Shown one piece after another: positions 27,727 through 37,958 of a stretch of 64,000 nucleotides of DNA. The position numbers and the translations under genes were made by a program. The notes beneath the pieces are model-generated. The model did not search any database. It was not told where the DNA came from and saw only the letters and a program-made list of their open reading frames with translations. This DNA comes from Gemmatimonas sp. (lineage in GTDB: Bacteria > Gemmatimonadota > Gemmatimonadetes > Gemmatimonadales > Gemmatimonadaceae), in the NCBI GenBank assembly GCA_965279375.1, contig OZ257156.1, forward strand, positions 448,001 to 512,000, written 5' to 3'. Numbering within the stretch: the stretch's first letter is position 1; each line of letters starts with the position of its first letter.

Positions 27727-28965
27727 ATGACGATTTCCCACCGCCACGGCGCACTTGCCGCAACGGCGCTATCACTGGCACTGGTCAGTGCCTGCGCGAC
27801 CGCCCGGACGTCGGCCACGGGGGAAACGGTGCCCCAGCAAGCGGCGCCAACCACCGCTCCTGCGCCGACCGCGCCTGCATCGGCCGGACGGCCGGCCGCG
27901 GCGACCACCGTGCGCGCCACCGGCGCGGCGCGCGGCTTTCAGGGCGAGATGGACAGCGTGCGTGCTCGGCAGCTCTACGTGAGCAACGATCCCAAGGACC
28001 TGCCCCGCTCCAATTTCGCTGCGGCGATCGTCGCCAAGGCCAAGACTGACAGCATCTATGCCGCCCGCTTCAAGGGGCTCGTGGACTTTCAGAAGATCAC
28101 GTACAAGAGCACGGCCGATGGACAGATGGTGCCGGCATATCTCTTTGCGCCGCTCAACAAGCGCGGTGCGCGCGGCCATGCCGCGATGATCTGGGTGCAC
28201 GGTGGCGTGCATGGCAACTGGGGCGAGAACATGCTGCCCTTCGTGAAGGAAGCGGTGGATCGCGGCTACGTCGTCATCACGCCCGACTATCGCGGCAGCA
28301 CGGGCCACGGCGAAGCGTGGCACATGGCCATCGACTACGGCGGCTATGAGGTGGACGACGCTATGTCGGCGTTCGAGTACATGAAGACGCTGTCGTACGT
28401 GGACACCGCGCGTGTCGGCATGATGGGGTGGAGCCACGGTGGATTCATCGCGACGCTCAACGCGACCAAGCCGGGCAATCCGCTCAAGGCCGCTGCGGCC
28501 ATCGTGCCCGTCACCAACCTGATTTTCCGTCTGTCGTACAAGGGCCCGAGCTATCAGCGCGACTACGCCGCCGAACCGCGCGTTCGCGGGCTCCCATTCG
28601 AGAAGCCCGATGAGTACGTGAAGCGCTCACCGTTGTATCACATCGAGAATCTGAACATCCCGCTGCTCGTCCACGTCGCGACCAACGACCAGGACGTGAA
28701 CTACGTGGAAGATCAGCAGATGGTCTGGAAGCTGCGCGCGCTCAAGCCCGACCTGTCGGAAACGAAGATCTATGTGGATCCGGCTCCTTGGGGCAGCTCT
28801 GTCGGCCACGCCTTCAGCCGTCGCGTCGATCCCGTCACGCTGGCTCGCGTGGACTCTCCCGCGCAGATCGACTCATGGAATCGCACATGGACCTTCTTCG
28901 AGTGGAACCTGCGTCCGTACGAGGATCGGTCGAAGCCGGCGCCACCGGTTCGGACGCAGCCCTGA
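27727..28965 (+). CDS. S9 (prolyl oligopeptidase-like) serine peptidase, lipoprotein
   Basis: Lipobox VSAC, WVHGG, DYRGSTGHG, GWSHGG nucleophile, NDQDV, GHAF. Confidence 0.88.
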   Translation: MTISHRHGALAATALSLALVSACATARTSATGETVPQQAAPTTAPAPTAPASAGRPAAATTVRATGAARGFQGEMDSVRARQLYVSNDPKDLPRSNFAAAIVAKAKTDSIYAARFKGLVDFQKITYKSTADGQMVPAYLFAPLNKRGARGHAAMIWVHGGVHGNWGENMLPFVKEAVDRGYVVITPDYRGSTGHGEAWHMAIDYGGYEVDDAMSAFEYMKTLSYVDTARVGMMGWSHGGFIATLNATKPGNPLKAAAAIVPVTNLIFRLSYKGPSYQRDYAAEPRVRGLPFEKPDEYVKRSPLYHIENLNIPLLVHVATNDQDVNYVEDQQMVWKLRALKPDLSETKIYVDPAPWGSSVGHAFSRRVDPVTLARVDSPAQIDSWNRTWTFFEWNLRPYEDRSKPAPPVRTQP

Positions 28966-28984
28966 TATCGCCATTTTCGAGCGT

Positions 28985-29011
28985 TGTCGATTTCGGGGGT
29001 CGCCGTTCGTT
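28985..29011 (+). promoter_or_regulatory. Putative ECF42-type promoter upstream of yciI-sigma
   Basis: TGTCGA (28985-28990), N17, CGTT; resembles the described ECF42 consensus (-35 TGTCGA, -10 CG(A/T)C). Confidence 0.65.
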
Positions 29012-29068
29012 CTGTTCATGGCTGCACTCATGCCGACGGCAGTCACTTCCCGAACCGGAGTATTTCGG

Positions 29069-29419
29069 ATGGCGCTCTACCTCCTGAACATCATTCAGCC
29101 CGACGGCCCACCACCGCCGCCAGAACAACTTGGCCCGATCATGGCGGACGTCGGTGCCATGCTGGCCGAAACCAAGGCAGCGAACGCGTGGGTTTTCAAT
29201 GGCGGACTCACGCCGCCGAGTACGTCGACGGTCGTCCGCGTGACAAACGGCGAGACCGTCGTCACCGATGGGCCGTACATCGAGGGAAAGGAGTGCATTG
29301 GCGGCTTCATCATCGTGCGTGCTCCGGATCTTGATGCCGCGCTCGAATGGGGTACGAAGCTGGGGCGCGCGACCACGCTGCCGATCGAGGTTCGCGCGTT
29401 CGCGCACGCGAGCGAGTAG
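29069..29419 (+). CDS. YciI/DGPF-family protein
   Basis: [28 protein letters not shown]. Confidence 0.9.
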   Translation: MALYLLNIIQPDGPPPPPEQLGPIMADVGAMLAETKAANAWVFNGGLTPPSTSTVVRVTNGETVVTDGPYIEGKECIGGFIIVRAPDLDAALEWGTKLGRATTLPIEVRAFAHASE

Positions 29420-29424
29420 CTGCC

Positions 29425-30663
29425 ATGTCCGCCGACGCTCGATCAGAGATCGAACGGGTCTTTCGTGAGGCCTACGGTCGCGCGATTGCCGTGCTCTTTC
29501 GAGCGTTCGGCGACATCGATGTCGCGGAAGATGTCGTTGCCGATGCCTTCGTCGTCGCACTCGAGCGGTGGCCATCCGACGGCATACCGCCAAGTCCGGT
29601 CGGGTGGATCGTGACCACGGCCCGCCGACGGGCGATCGATCGCCTGCGACGGGAATCGACCCGCGACGAACGCCACGCGGTGTTCATGGAGTCGGTGCAC
29701 GACTCCACCGGCGACACACTCGACGAGGCGCTGCCGGACGAACGCTTGCGCCTGATGTTCATGTGTTGCCATCCATCGCTCGCCGTGCCCTCGCAGATCG
29801 CGCTCAGCTTGCGACTGCTTGGCGGACTCTCCACTGGTGAGATTGCGCGCGCCTTTCTCGTCCCCGAGGCGACGATGGCACAGCGGCTCGTGCGCGCGAA
29901 GGGGAAGATTCGCGACGCGCGGATTCCATTTCGTGTGCCGGCAGCGCACGAACTGCCGTCGCGCATGCGTGCCGTCCTCCACGTGATCTACCTGATCTTC
30001 AACGAAGGGTACGTGGCCAGCTCGGGCGCGCTGTTGCAACGCGACGAGCTGACCGACGAAGCGATTCGGCTCGCACGCATGGCCAACGCGCTGCTGCCTG
30101 ACGACCACGAGGCGCGTGGCCTGCTCGCACTCATGCTGCTGATCCATGCGCGCCGGTCCACACGTACCACGGCAGACGGCACACTCGTCGCCTTGGCAGA
30201 GCAGACGCGGGAGTTGTGGGATCGCACACTCATCACCGAGGGACACGCCTTGGTGCGCGCATGTCTGCGTGCGAATCAACCGGGTCCGTACCAACTGCAG
30301 GCCGCCATTCAGGCGGTGCACTGCGACGCGACACGCGCCGTGGATACCGACTGGCGCCAAATTCTCGCGTTGTACGATCAACTCGTGGCGCTGACACCCG
30401 ACCCGGTGGTGTCGGTCAACCGCGCGGTCGCGCTCGCGGAGGCGCATGGCGCCGATGCGGCGCTCGCGTCCCTCGACGCACAACCACTCCCGGGCTACTA
30501 CGTCTATCACGCGGTCCGAGCCGACCTGCTGCTTCGGCTCGGCCGCGACGGGGATGCCCGCACCGCGTACGGTCAGGCCGCGGCGCTCACGGAGAATCTC
30601 GTGGAACGCCAGCACCTGCTGTCGCGGCAGGCCCAGACGCTGCTGACGCAACGCAGCGGCTGA
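29425..30663 (+). CDS. ECF sigma factor with C-terminal TPR-like extension (ECF42 type)
   Basis: [69 protein letters not shown]. Confidence 0.92.
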   Translation: MSADARSEIERVFREAYGRAIAVLFRAFGDIDVAEDVVADAFVVALERWPSDGIPPSPVGWIVTTARRRAIDRLRRESTRDERHAVFMESVHDSTGDTLDEALPDERLRLMFMCCHPSLAVPSQIALSLRLLGGLSTGEIARAFLVPEATMAQRLVRAKGKIRDARIPFRVPAAHELPSRMRAVLHVIYLIFNEGYVASSGALLQRDELTDEAIRLARMANALLPDDHEARGLLALMLLIHARRSTRTTADGTLVALAEQTRELWDRTLITEGHALVRACLRANQPGPYQLQAAIQAVHCDATRAVDTDWRQILALYDQLVALTPDPVVSVNRAVALAEAHGADAALASLDAQPLPGYYVYHAVRADLLLRLGRDGDARTAYGQAAALTENLVERQHLLSRQAQTLLTQRSG

Positions 30664-30684
30664 GCCCACCTCGACGTCAGGCGA

Positions 30685-32376
30685 TCAGGGCTGCACCCGC
30701 TTCTTTCGCTGATCGTCGCCCATCTTCTCGATGTCAGCGAGCAGCTTCTTGGCGTCGTAGACGATGCCGTCCTTGATCGTCCACTTGATGCCGCCGTAGT
30801 TCTCGACCTTGCCCGTGGCGTCGTTCAAGCGGAACCAGCCGGTGCCGTACAGCACCTTGAGGTTGGCAACGGGATTCGCGTCGACCACCACGAGATCGGC
30901 GAGCATTCCCGGCTCCACCACGCCGTACTCGATGTGCTTCTTGAGTGGCTTGAAGATCGTTTCAGCGGCGTGCAGCGTTCCCGCGCGAATCGCCTCGGTG
31001 GGCGTGAAGCCTGCCTCCTGCAACAGCTCCAGCTCTTCGATGGTGGAGAAGCCGGGCGTGTTGTAGATGAAACCCGCGTCCGAGCTCGCTGTCACTCGAC
31101 CACCCATGTTCTTGTACTCGTTGACGAACTCCATCCAGACGCGATAGAAGTTGCGCCACTGCACTTCATCGTCCGTGGTCCAGTTGTAGAAATACGCGCC
31201 GTGATTGGTGCGGCTGGGCACGTAGAACTCCATCTGCGTCGGGAGCGTGTACTTGGCGTGCCACGGTTCGTTCATGCGCTTCACCACGTCACGACCCGTC
31301 AGGTACGTCGTCATCGTCGGATCGAGCGTGACGTCGCGCTCGAGCAGATTCTTGAGGAAGGCATTCCACTTGGCGCTGTGCGGCTTCACCAGGCTCCACT
31401 GGCGAGCAACCTGACCAAAACGCGTCTGCTCATCCTGCAGATTGGCGTCGAGTGGCCACGGCTGCACCTGATTGTTCTCGTACATCGACTCGAAGATGCC
31501 ATAGAAGTGCGTGATGGCTTCCAACCCGAGCTTGGTGGCCATGTCGCCATTCATCTGCGCGACGCCTTGCTGCTGCAGGTGCGCCGTCGACCCGAGCCCC
31601 AACTTCTTCGCCTCATCCAACAGCGCCGCCATGATATCCGGACGCTCGGCGCCGAGCTTCAACCCATCGGCGCCATTGGCCTTGGCCCAGCGCACCCACT
31701 CGCGCGCCGTTTCGGGAGTGCGGGGAATGCCCTTCCCCCAGCCGGTGCCGGGGCGCTGATACACGACGTACCGCGGCGCAGCGATCTCGTTCTTTGCGCT
31801 GCGCTCGCGCTCCTTGATGGAGTAGTCGAAGCTGGCAAAGGGCACGCCGCGCACGGTGGTGATGCCATTGGCCAGCCAGAGCTTGTTGTAGTACTCGCTG
31901 TCGGCCGCCTTCTGCTGCGTGCCCTGATGGACGTGCAAGTCCACGAGGCCGGGCATCATGTACATGCCGTTGGCATCCAGTTCCTTCACGGCGCCCTTCG
32001 GACGCTTCGTCTCGTCGATCTTGACGTTCGGGTAACCGACGCTTGCAATCTGCACGATGCGATTGCCTTCGATCACCACGTCAACAGGGCCACGCGGCGC
32101 GCTGCCGTAGCCGTCGATCAGGTTCACACCGCGCACGATGAGCCGGTTGAACGGCCCTTCGCCTTCCTTGCGCTTGGGCGCCGGGTTGGGATCCTCGCGC
32201 CGCTCCGACTGCAGAAACATGTTGCCGGCCGTGTCGAGACTGGCGGGCTTTGCTTGCGCGGGCGTGGCTGCCGCACGCTGCGCCGCGAGCGACAGCGGCG
32301 TGAAGGCAGCAGCGGCCGCGAGTGCGAGTGTAGGCGCAACACTCGCTGCGGTGAACGAGGGACGACGCAGGACCAT
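30685..32376 (-). CDS. Secreted amidohydrolase-family protein
   Basis: MPGLVDLHVH, GITTVR, H in TAHL and ITHF, SSDAG, GMLADLVVVDANP. Confidence 0.9.
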   Translation of the reverse strand: MVLRRPSFTAASVAPTLALAAAAAFTPLSLAAQRAAATPAQAKPASLDTAGNMFLQSERREDPNPAPKRKEGEGPFNRLIVRGVNLIDGYGSAPRGPVDVVIEGNRIVQIASVGYPNVKIDETKRPKGAVKELDANGMYMMPGLVDLHVHQGTQQKAADSEYYNKLWLANGITTVRGVPFASFDYSIKERERSAKNEIAAPRYVVYQRPGTGWGKGIPRTPETAREWVRWAKANGADGLKLGAERPDIMAALLDEAKKLGLGSTAHLQQQGVAQMNGDMATKLGLEAITHFYGIFESMYENNQVQPWPLDANLQDEQTRFGQVARQWSLVKPHSAKWNAFLKNLLERDVTLDPTMTTYLTGRDVVKRMNEPWHAKYTLPTQMEFYVPSRTNHGAYFYNWTTDDEVQWRNFYRVWMEFVNEYKNMGGRVTASSDAGFIYNTPGFSTIEELELLQEAGFTPTEAIRAGTLHAAETIFKPLKKHIEYGVVEPGMLADLVVVDANPVANLKVLYGTGWFRLNDATGKVENYGGIKWTIKDGIVYDAKKLLADIEKMGDDQRKKRVQP

Positions 32377-32481
32377 GGCGGTATCTCCGGAGATCGGGGC
32401 TCGAACATCAAGACGCTCCCCTGAGATACCGCCAACCGGGACGGTCCGCTACTTCGGACTACTTCATGCCAGGTAGTGCTG

Positions 32482-35034
32482 CTACTTGCGTGGCTCGAGG
32501 CTTTCCGCTGCGCGATCAGCGATGTCGCTCCAGTGTGCGCGATCGGTCGCCGTGCGTGCAGCCACGGCCGCTGCGCGCGCTTCACGCTGAATCTCGCGCA
32601 GCTGCGCACGCGCCATCGCCGGCAGATCGCTCTGCGCGAGGTTGGGCGCCGTCACGAACGGCACCACGCGCTGCGGTCCGCCGCCACCACCACCGCCGCC
32701 GAAACCGCCAGCGCCACCGGCAGGTGCCGTTGGCGGATTGACCAGCGCATCGAGCCGAGCGACGTACACGCGCTGCAACTGCCGACGATTGCCATCGGGC
32801 GACGCGCCGCCAAACACGCTGCGCTTGAGATCACCCAGGTACTCCGCCAACGGATACGCATTCACCGCGTCGTACTTCTCCGACTCGGCGAAGCGCCCCA
32901 GACGGCCCGCGTTCAGCAGCGACGTGACCACGCCCGCCTGTCGCCCCGACAGTGTGGCGTTCGGACCGATACGCGACACGATCTCCTGCGGCTGCAACCA
33001 CGATGGCGTAGTGAAGACATTGTCGCTCAGGAACGCGAGCGCGGCCTTCTGACGCGCCTTGGGGAGCACACGATAGACCGCGCCCGCCTGATCGGCCGTC
33101 TTGAGGTCCACCTGCACACCGCCCAGCATCGTGGCGACGTGGCCCATGTAGCCGGCCCACCGACCGATCGACTCTTCGTACAGCTCCTGCAGGTCCGTGT
33201 AGTCTTCGCCGGCGGTCGTGGTCCACGCGACGAGCTGCGGAATCATCCGCTTGTAGTTCATCACGGCGTAAGTGGACGACTTCACCGGATCGTCGCCAAG
33301 ATCTTCCGTCTGATTGCGCGGGTCGCCGCTGCCCAAGCCCTGATTGACGAAGCGATACGGGAACGGGCCGCTCTGCTGCGTGAGCCAGCGATTGAGCGTC
33401 GGCTTCTCGGCGTCGGCCGAATTGCCCGCAATGACGCGATAGCCCCAGTTGATCGCAAAGTCGTCGAAGGGTCCAAGGCGACGAATGAAATCCTTCGTCT
33501 TGAGGCCATCACCCGGCTGCGCGATGTAGTTCTGGCGCGCGTAATCCATGATCGTCGCGCTGACGCCGTACTTGCTCGTGAACGTCGGGCTGCGCAGCGA
33601 ATCCGTCGGGAACGACGCCGACGCCATCATGTTGTGCTGCAGGCCGAGCGCGTGTCCGATTTCGTGCGTGATCACCTGCCGCATCGTCTCGCCCATCAGC
33701 TCTTCGGGGATGTCGAGCGAACGCGCCGCAGGATTGGACGCACCCGTCTCCATGATGAGCCAGTTGCGATACGAGCGCATGTGGTTGTGATACCACGTGA
33801 TCTCGGAGTTGATGATCTCGCCCGAGCGCGGATCGTGCGTGTGCGGTCCCGTTGCGTTGCGCACGAGGCTCGCGGCCCAGCGCACGACGGAGTAGCGCGC
33901 GTCGTCCATGTCGAAATCGGGATCCTGCGCCTTGGTTGGTGCTTCCTTGGCGAGGATCGCGTTCTTGAAGCCCGCCTTCTCGAAGACGGCCTGCCAGTTC
34001 TCGACGCCTTCTTTAACGTAGCGTTTCCAGCGAGTCGGCGTCGCCGGGTCGAGATAGTAGACGATGGGCTTGATCGGCTCGACGAGTTCGCCGCGTGCGT
34101 AGGCGGCGGGGTCCTTGGGTTCGAGACGCCAGCGCGTGATGAACTCCTGCGAGGCGGCCTTCTGCACGTCGAGACCGTAGTTGACGCGGTCGACGCTGAA
34201 GAAGCCCACGCGCGGATCGAAGTTGCGCGGCTTCATCGGCACCTTGGGCAGCAGCACGATCGACTGCCGCGTTTCCATAGTGAGCGTGGAGCCATTGCGG
34301 TCGCCCGGCGGCGTGGCCGCATCGAACGTCTGTACCTGACGCACTTCGATGTTGATCGGGAAGCTGCGCATGCCACTCACGTAGCTGCGCGCCGGATCGT
34401 AGCGACGCACGCCGTAGGTGCGACGCGCATCGGCACTGAGCCCTGAGGTCGCGGGATTGTCCGTGGCGAAGAAGTCGGTGACATCGACCACGTACGCCGC
34501 GCTGTCGCGCGAAAAGGCCGCGATGGGAAATGCAGCGAGGATCGGCGCGTAGTTGTTCTGCGCGACGCTCTTGGCGATGGGAAGCGTGTCGTCGGCGACG
34601 ACATCGGGGCTGATGCTCTTGAGCAGCACGCGATCAGTCGCGCGCTCCCAGCGCACCATCCGCTCGTTGAGCGAGCTGCCGGCGCTCTGGAATCCACCAG
34701 AACCAGCCGGCACGCCAGCGACACGGGTGACCATCAGGAAGTCGCGACCGATCAACGAATCGGGCACTTCGAAGAAGAAGCGCTCATCGACCTTGTGCAC
34801 GGTGATGCCGCCGCGCTCGGTCACCGCGCGTGCCGTGATCACCTGCGCGTACGGGCGTGGGCCGCGACGAGCTGCCGCAGCGGCTGCCGGATTCGCGCCG
34901 GCCTCACCAGCGGCAGCAGGCGCCGCTGGCGGTGCCGCTGGTGGGTTCTGCGCCTGCGCGGCGGTAGCGGCGAGGCTCAACGCCGCGCCAAGCCCGCCGA
35001 GCGAACGTCCGAATTGACGTCCTGAGTATGCCAT
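32482..35034 (-). CDS. Secreted zinc-dependent metalloprotease (EcxA/DUF5117-DUF4953-like metzincin)
   Basis: DPRVGFF, DPRSGEII, HEIGHALGLQH, Met-turn TIMDY, AINWGY. Confidence 0.9.
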   Translation of the reverse strand: MAYSGRQFGRSLGGLGAALSLAATAAQAQNPPAAPPAAPAAAGEAGANPAAAAAARRGPRPYAQVITARAVTERGGITVHKVDERFFFEVPDSLIGRDFLMVTRVAGVPAGSGGFQSAGSSLNERMVRWERATDRVLLKSISPDVVADDTLPIAKSVAQNNYAPILAAFPIAAFSRDSAAYVVDVTDFFATDNPATSGLSADARRTYGVRRYDPARSYVSGMRSFPINIEVRQVQTFDAATPPGDRNGSTLTMETRQSIVLLPKVPMKPRNFDPRVGFFSVDRVNYGLDVQKAASQEFITRWRLEPKDPAAYARGELVEPIKPIVYYLDPATPTRWKRYVKEGVENWQAVFEKAGFKNAILAKEAPTKAQDPDFDMDDARYSVVRWAASLVRNATGPHTHDPRSGEIINSEITWYHNHMRSYRNWLIMETGASNPAARSLDIPEELMGETMRQVITHEIGHALGLQHNMMASASFPTDSLRSPTFTSKYGVSATIMDYARQNYIAQPGDGLKTKDFIRRLGPFDDFAINWGYRVIAGNSADAEKPTLNRWLTQQSGPFPYRFVNQGLGSGDPRNQTEDLGDDPVKSSTYAVMNYKRMIPQLVAWTTTAGEDYTDLQELYEESIGRWAGYMGHVATMLGGVQVDLKTADQAGAVYRVLPKARQKAALAFLSDNVFTTPSWLQPQEIVSRIGPNATLSGRQAGVVTSLLNAGRLGRFAESEKYDAVNAYPLAEYLGDLKRSVFGGASPDGNRRQLQRVYVARLDALVNPPTAPAGGAGGFGGGGGGGGPQRVVPFVTAPNLAQSDLPAMARAQLREIQREARAAAVAARTATDRAHWSDIADRAAESLEPRK

Positions 35035-35209
35035 TGCAACTCCAGTGAGATCCGCGCGACGACGACGCGGGGGGAAGTCGGCAGCCGAACGCTGCCGCAG
35101 ACGTGATGCGAACGAGGCAAGTCTCGCGTGAGGAGGCAGCCCGAGCAAGGCGCGAGCTGCGCTACTCTGCGAACTCGCCAGCGTGACGATGGCGTGCTAC
35201 CCTTGGCGC

Positions 35210-36898
35210 ATGCACACCACACCTGCCGCACGCGTCCTGATCTTCACGCTCCTCTGCGGGTTCGCCGCCCCCCAGATCGCGTCCGCCCAATCGGATACAG
35301 ACGCACGCTTGCGTCGCGCCAAGGCAGCAGCCGAGCGCATTCGGTCCGAGGATATTCTGCGAGACGTGAGCTATCTCGCCTCCGACGCGAACATGGGTCG
35401 GCGTACCCCGTTCCCCGGGCTCGCCTCACCCGGATATGACTCGGCGGCCAAATACGTAGCGGACTTCCTGCGCACCGCAGGCGTCAAGCCGATGGGCGAC
35501 GGCGGCACCTACTTTCAGTACTACACCGTCACGCGCAGCACGCTGGATACCGTGAAGGTCAGTGGTGCGATTGGGGCCGAACCGCTCAAGTGGGGCGACG
35601 ACTTCATCGTGAACAGCTTTCTCGTGCCCGGCGTGCGCGACGCCAATGTGGTTTATGTCGGCAATGGCATTCGCCTGCTCAAGCGCGGCATCGATCCGTA
35701 CGCCGGTTTGGACATCAAGGGAAAGTGGCTGCTGGTCAGCGGCGCGCCGCCACAGACAGGACGCGGCGCCGTACGGGCCGGCATGCCCGCCGGCACGGTG
35801 GGTATCGACTACCTCACGATCACCGAAGTGGCGCGGTTTGGTGGCGCACTGGGCATCATCACCGTCGCCAGCGATTCCGTGCGAGCCAACTGGTCGCGAC
35901 GCGCCGTGATTGGGCAGGATCTCAACCCAGCGCTCGGTGTGGCGTACGCGCAGTATCAGGTGCCGAGTATTTCGATTTCAACTGCGGCATTGTCGAAACT
36001 GGTCGCTGGCACATCGTTGTCGTCGGAAATGGTGCTCTCGCGTGATTCCACCATTGCGCGACCGTCGCTTGACCTCGGCGCGGACCATCGGCTGCGCATC
36101 GACTTTGCGGCGACCACGTTGGACGCGCGTCCGTACAATGTCGTTGGCATGCTGGAAGGCTCAGACCCTGTGCTCAAGAACGAGTGGGTGTCGCTGGCGG
36201 CGCATCTCGACGGTGCCGTGCCCGCCAACGGGAGTGTACCGGGCAACGCACTACCCGATCAGTTCAACGCCGCCGATGACAATGCCAGCGGCAGCGCTGG
36301 CAACATGGCCGTGGTGCGCGCCCTGCTGGCTGCGCCGCGTCCGAAGCGGTCGATCCTGCTGATCTGGGACTCCGGTGAAGAAGTCGGACTGTGGGGGACG
36401 CGGGCGATCGCCTACGGACCGTGGTCCGAGAAGATCGTGCTGCACGTCAGCAACGACATGATCGGTCGCAGTCGACCCAACAACAGCCCCAAAGAGCTGA
36501 CCTTGTCCTCGACCGACTCGATTTATGTGACGGGACCGATGCTGCTTAGCACGCGCATCGAAGCGGCGCTCAAGCAAGCCGCGAAAGACTTTCCGTTCAT
36601 TGCGCTGGACCGTCGATACGAAGACGTGAGTGCCGCGTACTACTACCCGCGCACCGATGCCGGTCCGTATCTCGAGCGCGGGATTCCCATCATGCAGTTC
36701 TTCAATGGCGAGCACGTCGACTATCATCGGCCGACCGATGATGTGGCGAAGCTCGACATCCGGAAGATCACCAACGTTTCCAAGTTGTCATTCGGTGCGC
36801 TCTGGCTCGCCGCCGATGACGCGTCGCGTCTGCTCTGGGACGGGATCGTGCCCGAGACACTCTGGTGGGTGAAGCCGCGACGGGCCGCGACGCCGTAG
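35210..36898 (+). CDS. Secreted M28 peptidase with PA domain
   Basis: LASDANMGR, AHLD, AADDNASG, GEEVGLWG, NDMIGR, HVDYH. Confidence 0.9.
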   Translation: MHTTPAARVLIFTLLCGFAAPQIASAQSDTDARLRRAKAAAERIRSEDILRDVSYLASDANMGRRTPFPGLASPGYDSAAKYVADFLRTAGVKPMGDGGTYFQYYTVTRSTLDTVKVSGAIGAEPLKWGDDFIVNSFLVPGVRDANVVYVGNGIRLLKRGIDPYAGLDIKGKWLLVSGAPPQTGRGAVRAGMPAGTVGIDYLTITEVARFGGALGIITVASDSVRANWSRRAVIGQDLNPALGVAYAQYQVPSISISTAALSKLVAGTSLSSEMVLSRDSTIARPSLDLGADHRLRIDFAATTLDARPYNVVGMLEGSDPVLKNEWVSLAAHLDGAVPANGSVPGNALPDQFNAADDNASGSAGNMAVVRALLAAPRPKRSILLIWDSGEEVGLWGTRAIAYGPWSEKIVLHVSNDMIGRSRPNNSPKELTLSSTDSIYVTGPMLLSTRIEAALKQAAKDFPFIALDRRYEDVSAAYYYPRTDAGPYLERGIPIMQFFNGEHVDYHRPTDDVAKLDIRKITNVSKLSFGALWLAADDASRLLWDGIVPETLWWVKPRRAATP

Positions 36899-36935
36899 CG
36901 TCACGACGCCGTAACGTCACGACGCCGTAACGTCA
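36888..36935. repeat. 16-bp tandem repeat x3 spanning the junction of two convergent genes
   Basis: CGACGCCGTAGCGTCA CGACGCCGTAACGTCA CGACGCCGTAACGTCA. Confidence 0.92.
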
Positions 36936-37937
36936 GGACGCGATGGACAGCGCTGCGATCCCTTTGCCCAGCGTGAAGCTCGACCCGACGGCACTCACCA
37001 CCGCGTTCTTTCGCGTCAATCCTGCTCGGGCTCGTATGCGATACACCGCCTCGATGCCCGTGCAGTGTCCGCCGAGCAGGTAAGTGAGGCCCGCCTCCTT
37101 GAGCTTGCCCGCGGTCCACTCAAGCTGTTCGTCGGTGGCGTTGAACAGATGGAACCCACCGATGGCGGCGTGCAGCGGTGCGTCTCGTACCACGCGCTTG
37201 GCGTAGGTCACGGTGTTGACGATGCCAGCATGCCCACAGCCTGACACAAGCACCAGGCCGTCTGCGGTATCGATCACCAGCGAGGCATCCTCGGGGACGT
37301 TGTCGTCGACGTCACCCGTGGGCGTCTTGAGCACTCGTGATCCGCTCCAGTTACGCTCGGGGAATGTGCGGGGCACCGGTCCCGTGAACCACACACCCGG
37401 CGCGAGCTCTTCCGCGCCGGCATGCTCCACAAATACGCCGCCCGTCGCTTCGTAGGCGGCGCGATCCTTCAGCAAGCCGTTGTCATCCGAGCCGTTGGGG
37501 TTCAAACGTGGCCAGAAGATGCCACGGGCAACATGCACGCGGCTCAGCGCCGCGGCGTTCTTCGCTCGCATCGCACGACGCAGCGTGAGCAGTCCGCCCG
37601 TGTGATCGTCGTGATTGTGCGTGATCACCACGTCGGTGATGCTGGAAAGATCGATACCCAGTTCCGCCGCGTTCTTCAGCACGGTCTCAGGGCGCGCACC
37701 GGTGTCGAACAACCAGCGTCGGCCGTCCACCTCGATCAGCGCAGCGTATCCCCACTCGCCTGTTCCGCGATCCGGGTTGCCGGCGAGCATGGTGGAGAGC
37801 ACCGTGACCTTCACTTCACGGGCGAGTGCATGCGCGGCGGGTCGCGGACGAGAAGCGGTGCTGGACGGCGTCAGGCCGGTTACGGGAAGCAGCAGAGACG
37901 CCGCGGCGGCGAGTGAAAGCAATCGCATGATGTGCAT
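36933..37937 (-). CDS. Secreted MBL-fold metallo-hydrolase (COG1237-like)
   Basis: EWGYAALI, LFDTG, THNHDDHTGG, SGCGHAG, IGGFH, GHCTG. Confidence 0.87.
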   Translation of the reverse strand: MHIMRLLSLAAAASLLLPVTGLTPSSTASRPRPAAHALAREVKVTVLSTMLAGNPDRGTGEWGYAALIEVDGRRWLFDTGARPETVLKNAAELGIDLSSITDVVITHNHDDHTGGLLTLRRAMRAKNAAALSRVHVARGIFWPRLNPNGSDDNGLLKDRAAYEATGGVFVEHAGAEELAPGVWFTGPVPRTFPERNWSGSRVLKTPTGDVDDNVPEDASLVIDTADGLVLVSGCGHAGIVNTVTYAKRVVRDAPLHAAIGGFHLFNATDEQLEWTAGKLKEAGLTYLLGGHCTGIEAVYRIRARAGLTRKNAVVSAVGSSFTLGKGIAALSIAS

Positions 37938-37958
37938 CAGGAAACGGGGGTGAGTGGA

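Noticed and set aside
36888..36935. Possible mini-CRISPR array
   Set aside because: The units are contiguous 16-mers without spacers, and no cas genes are present.
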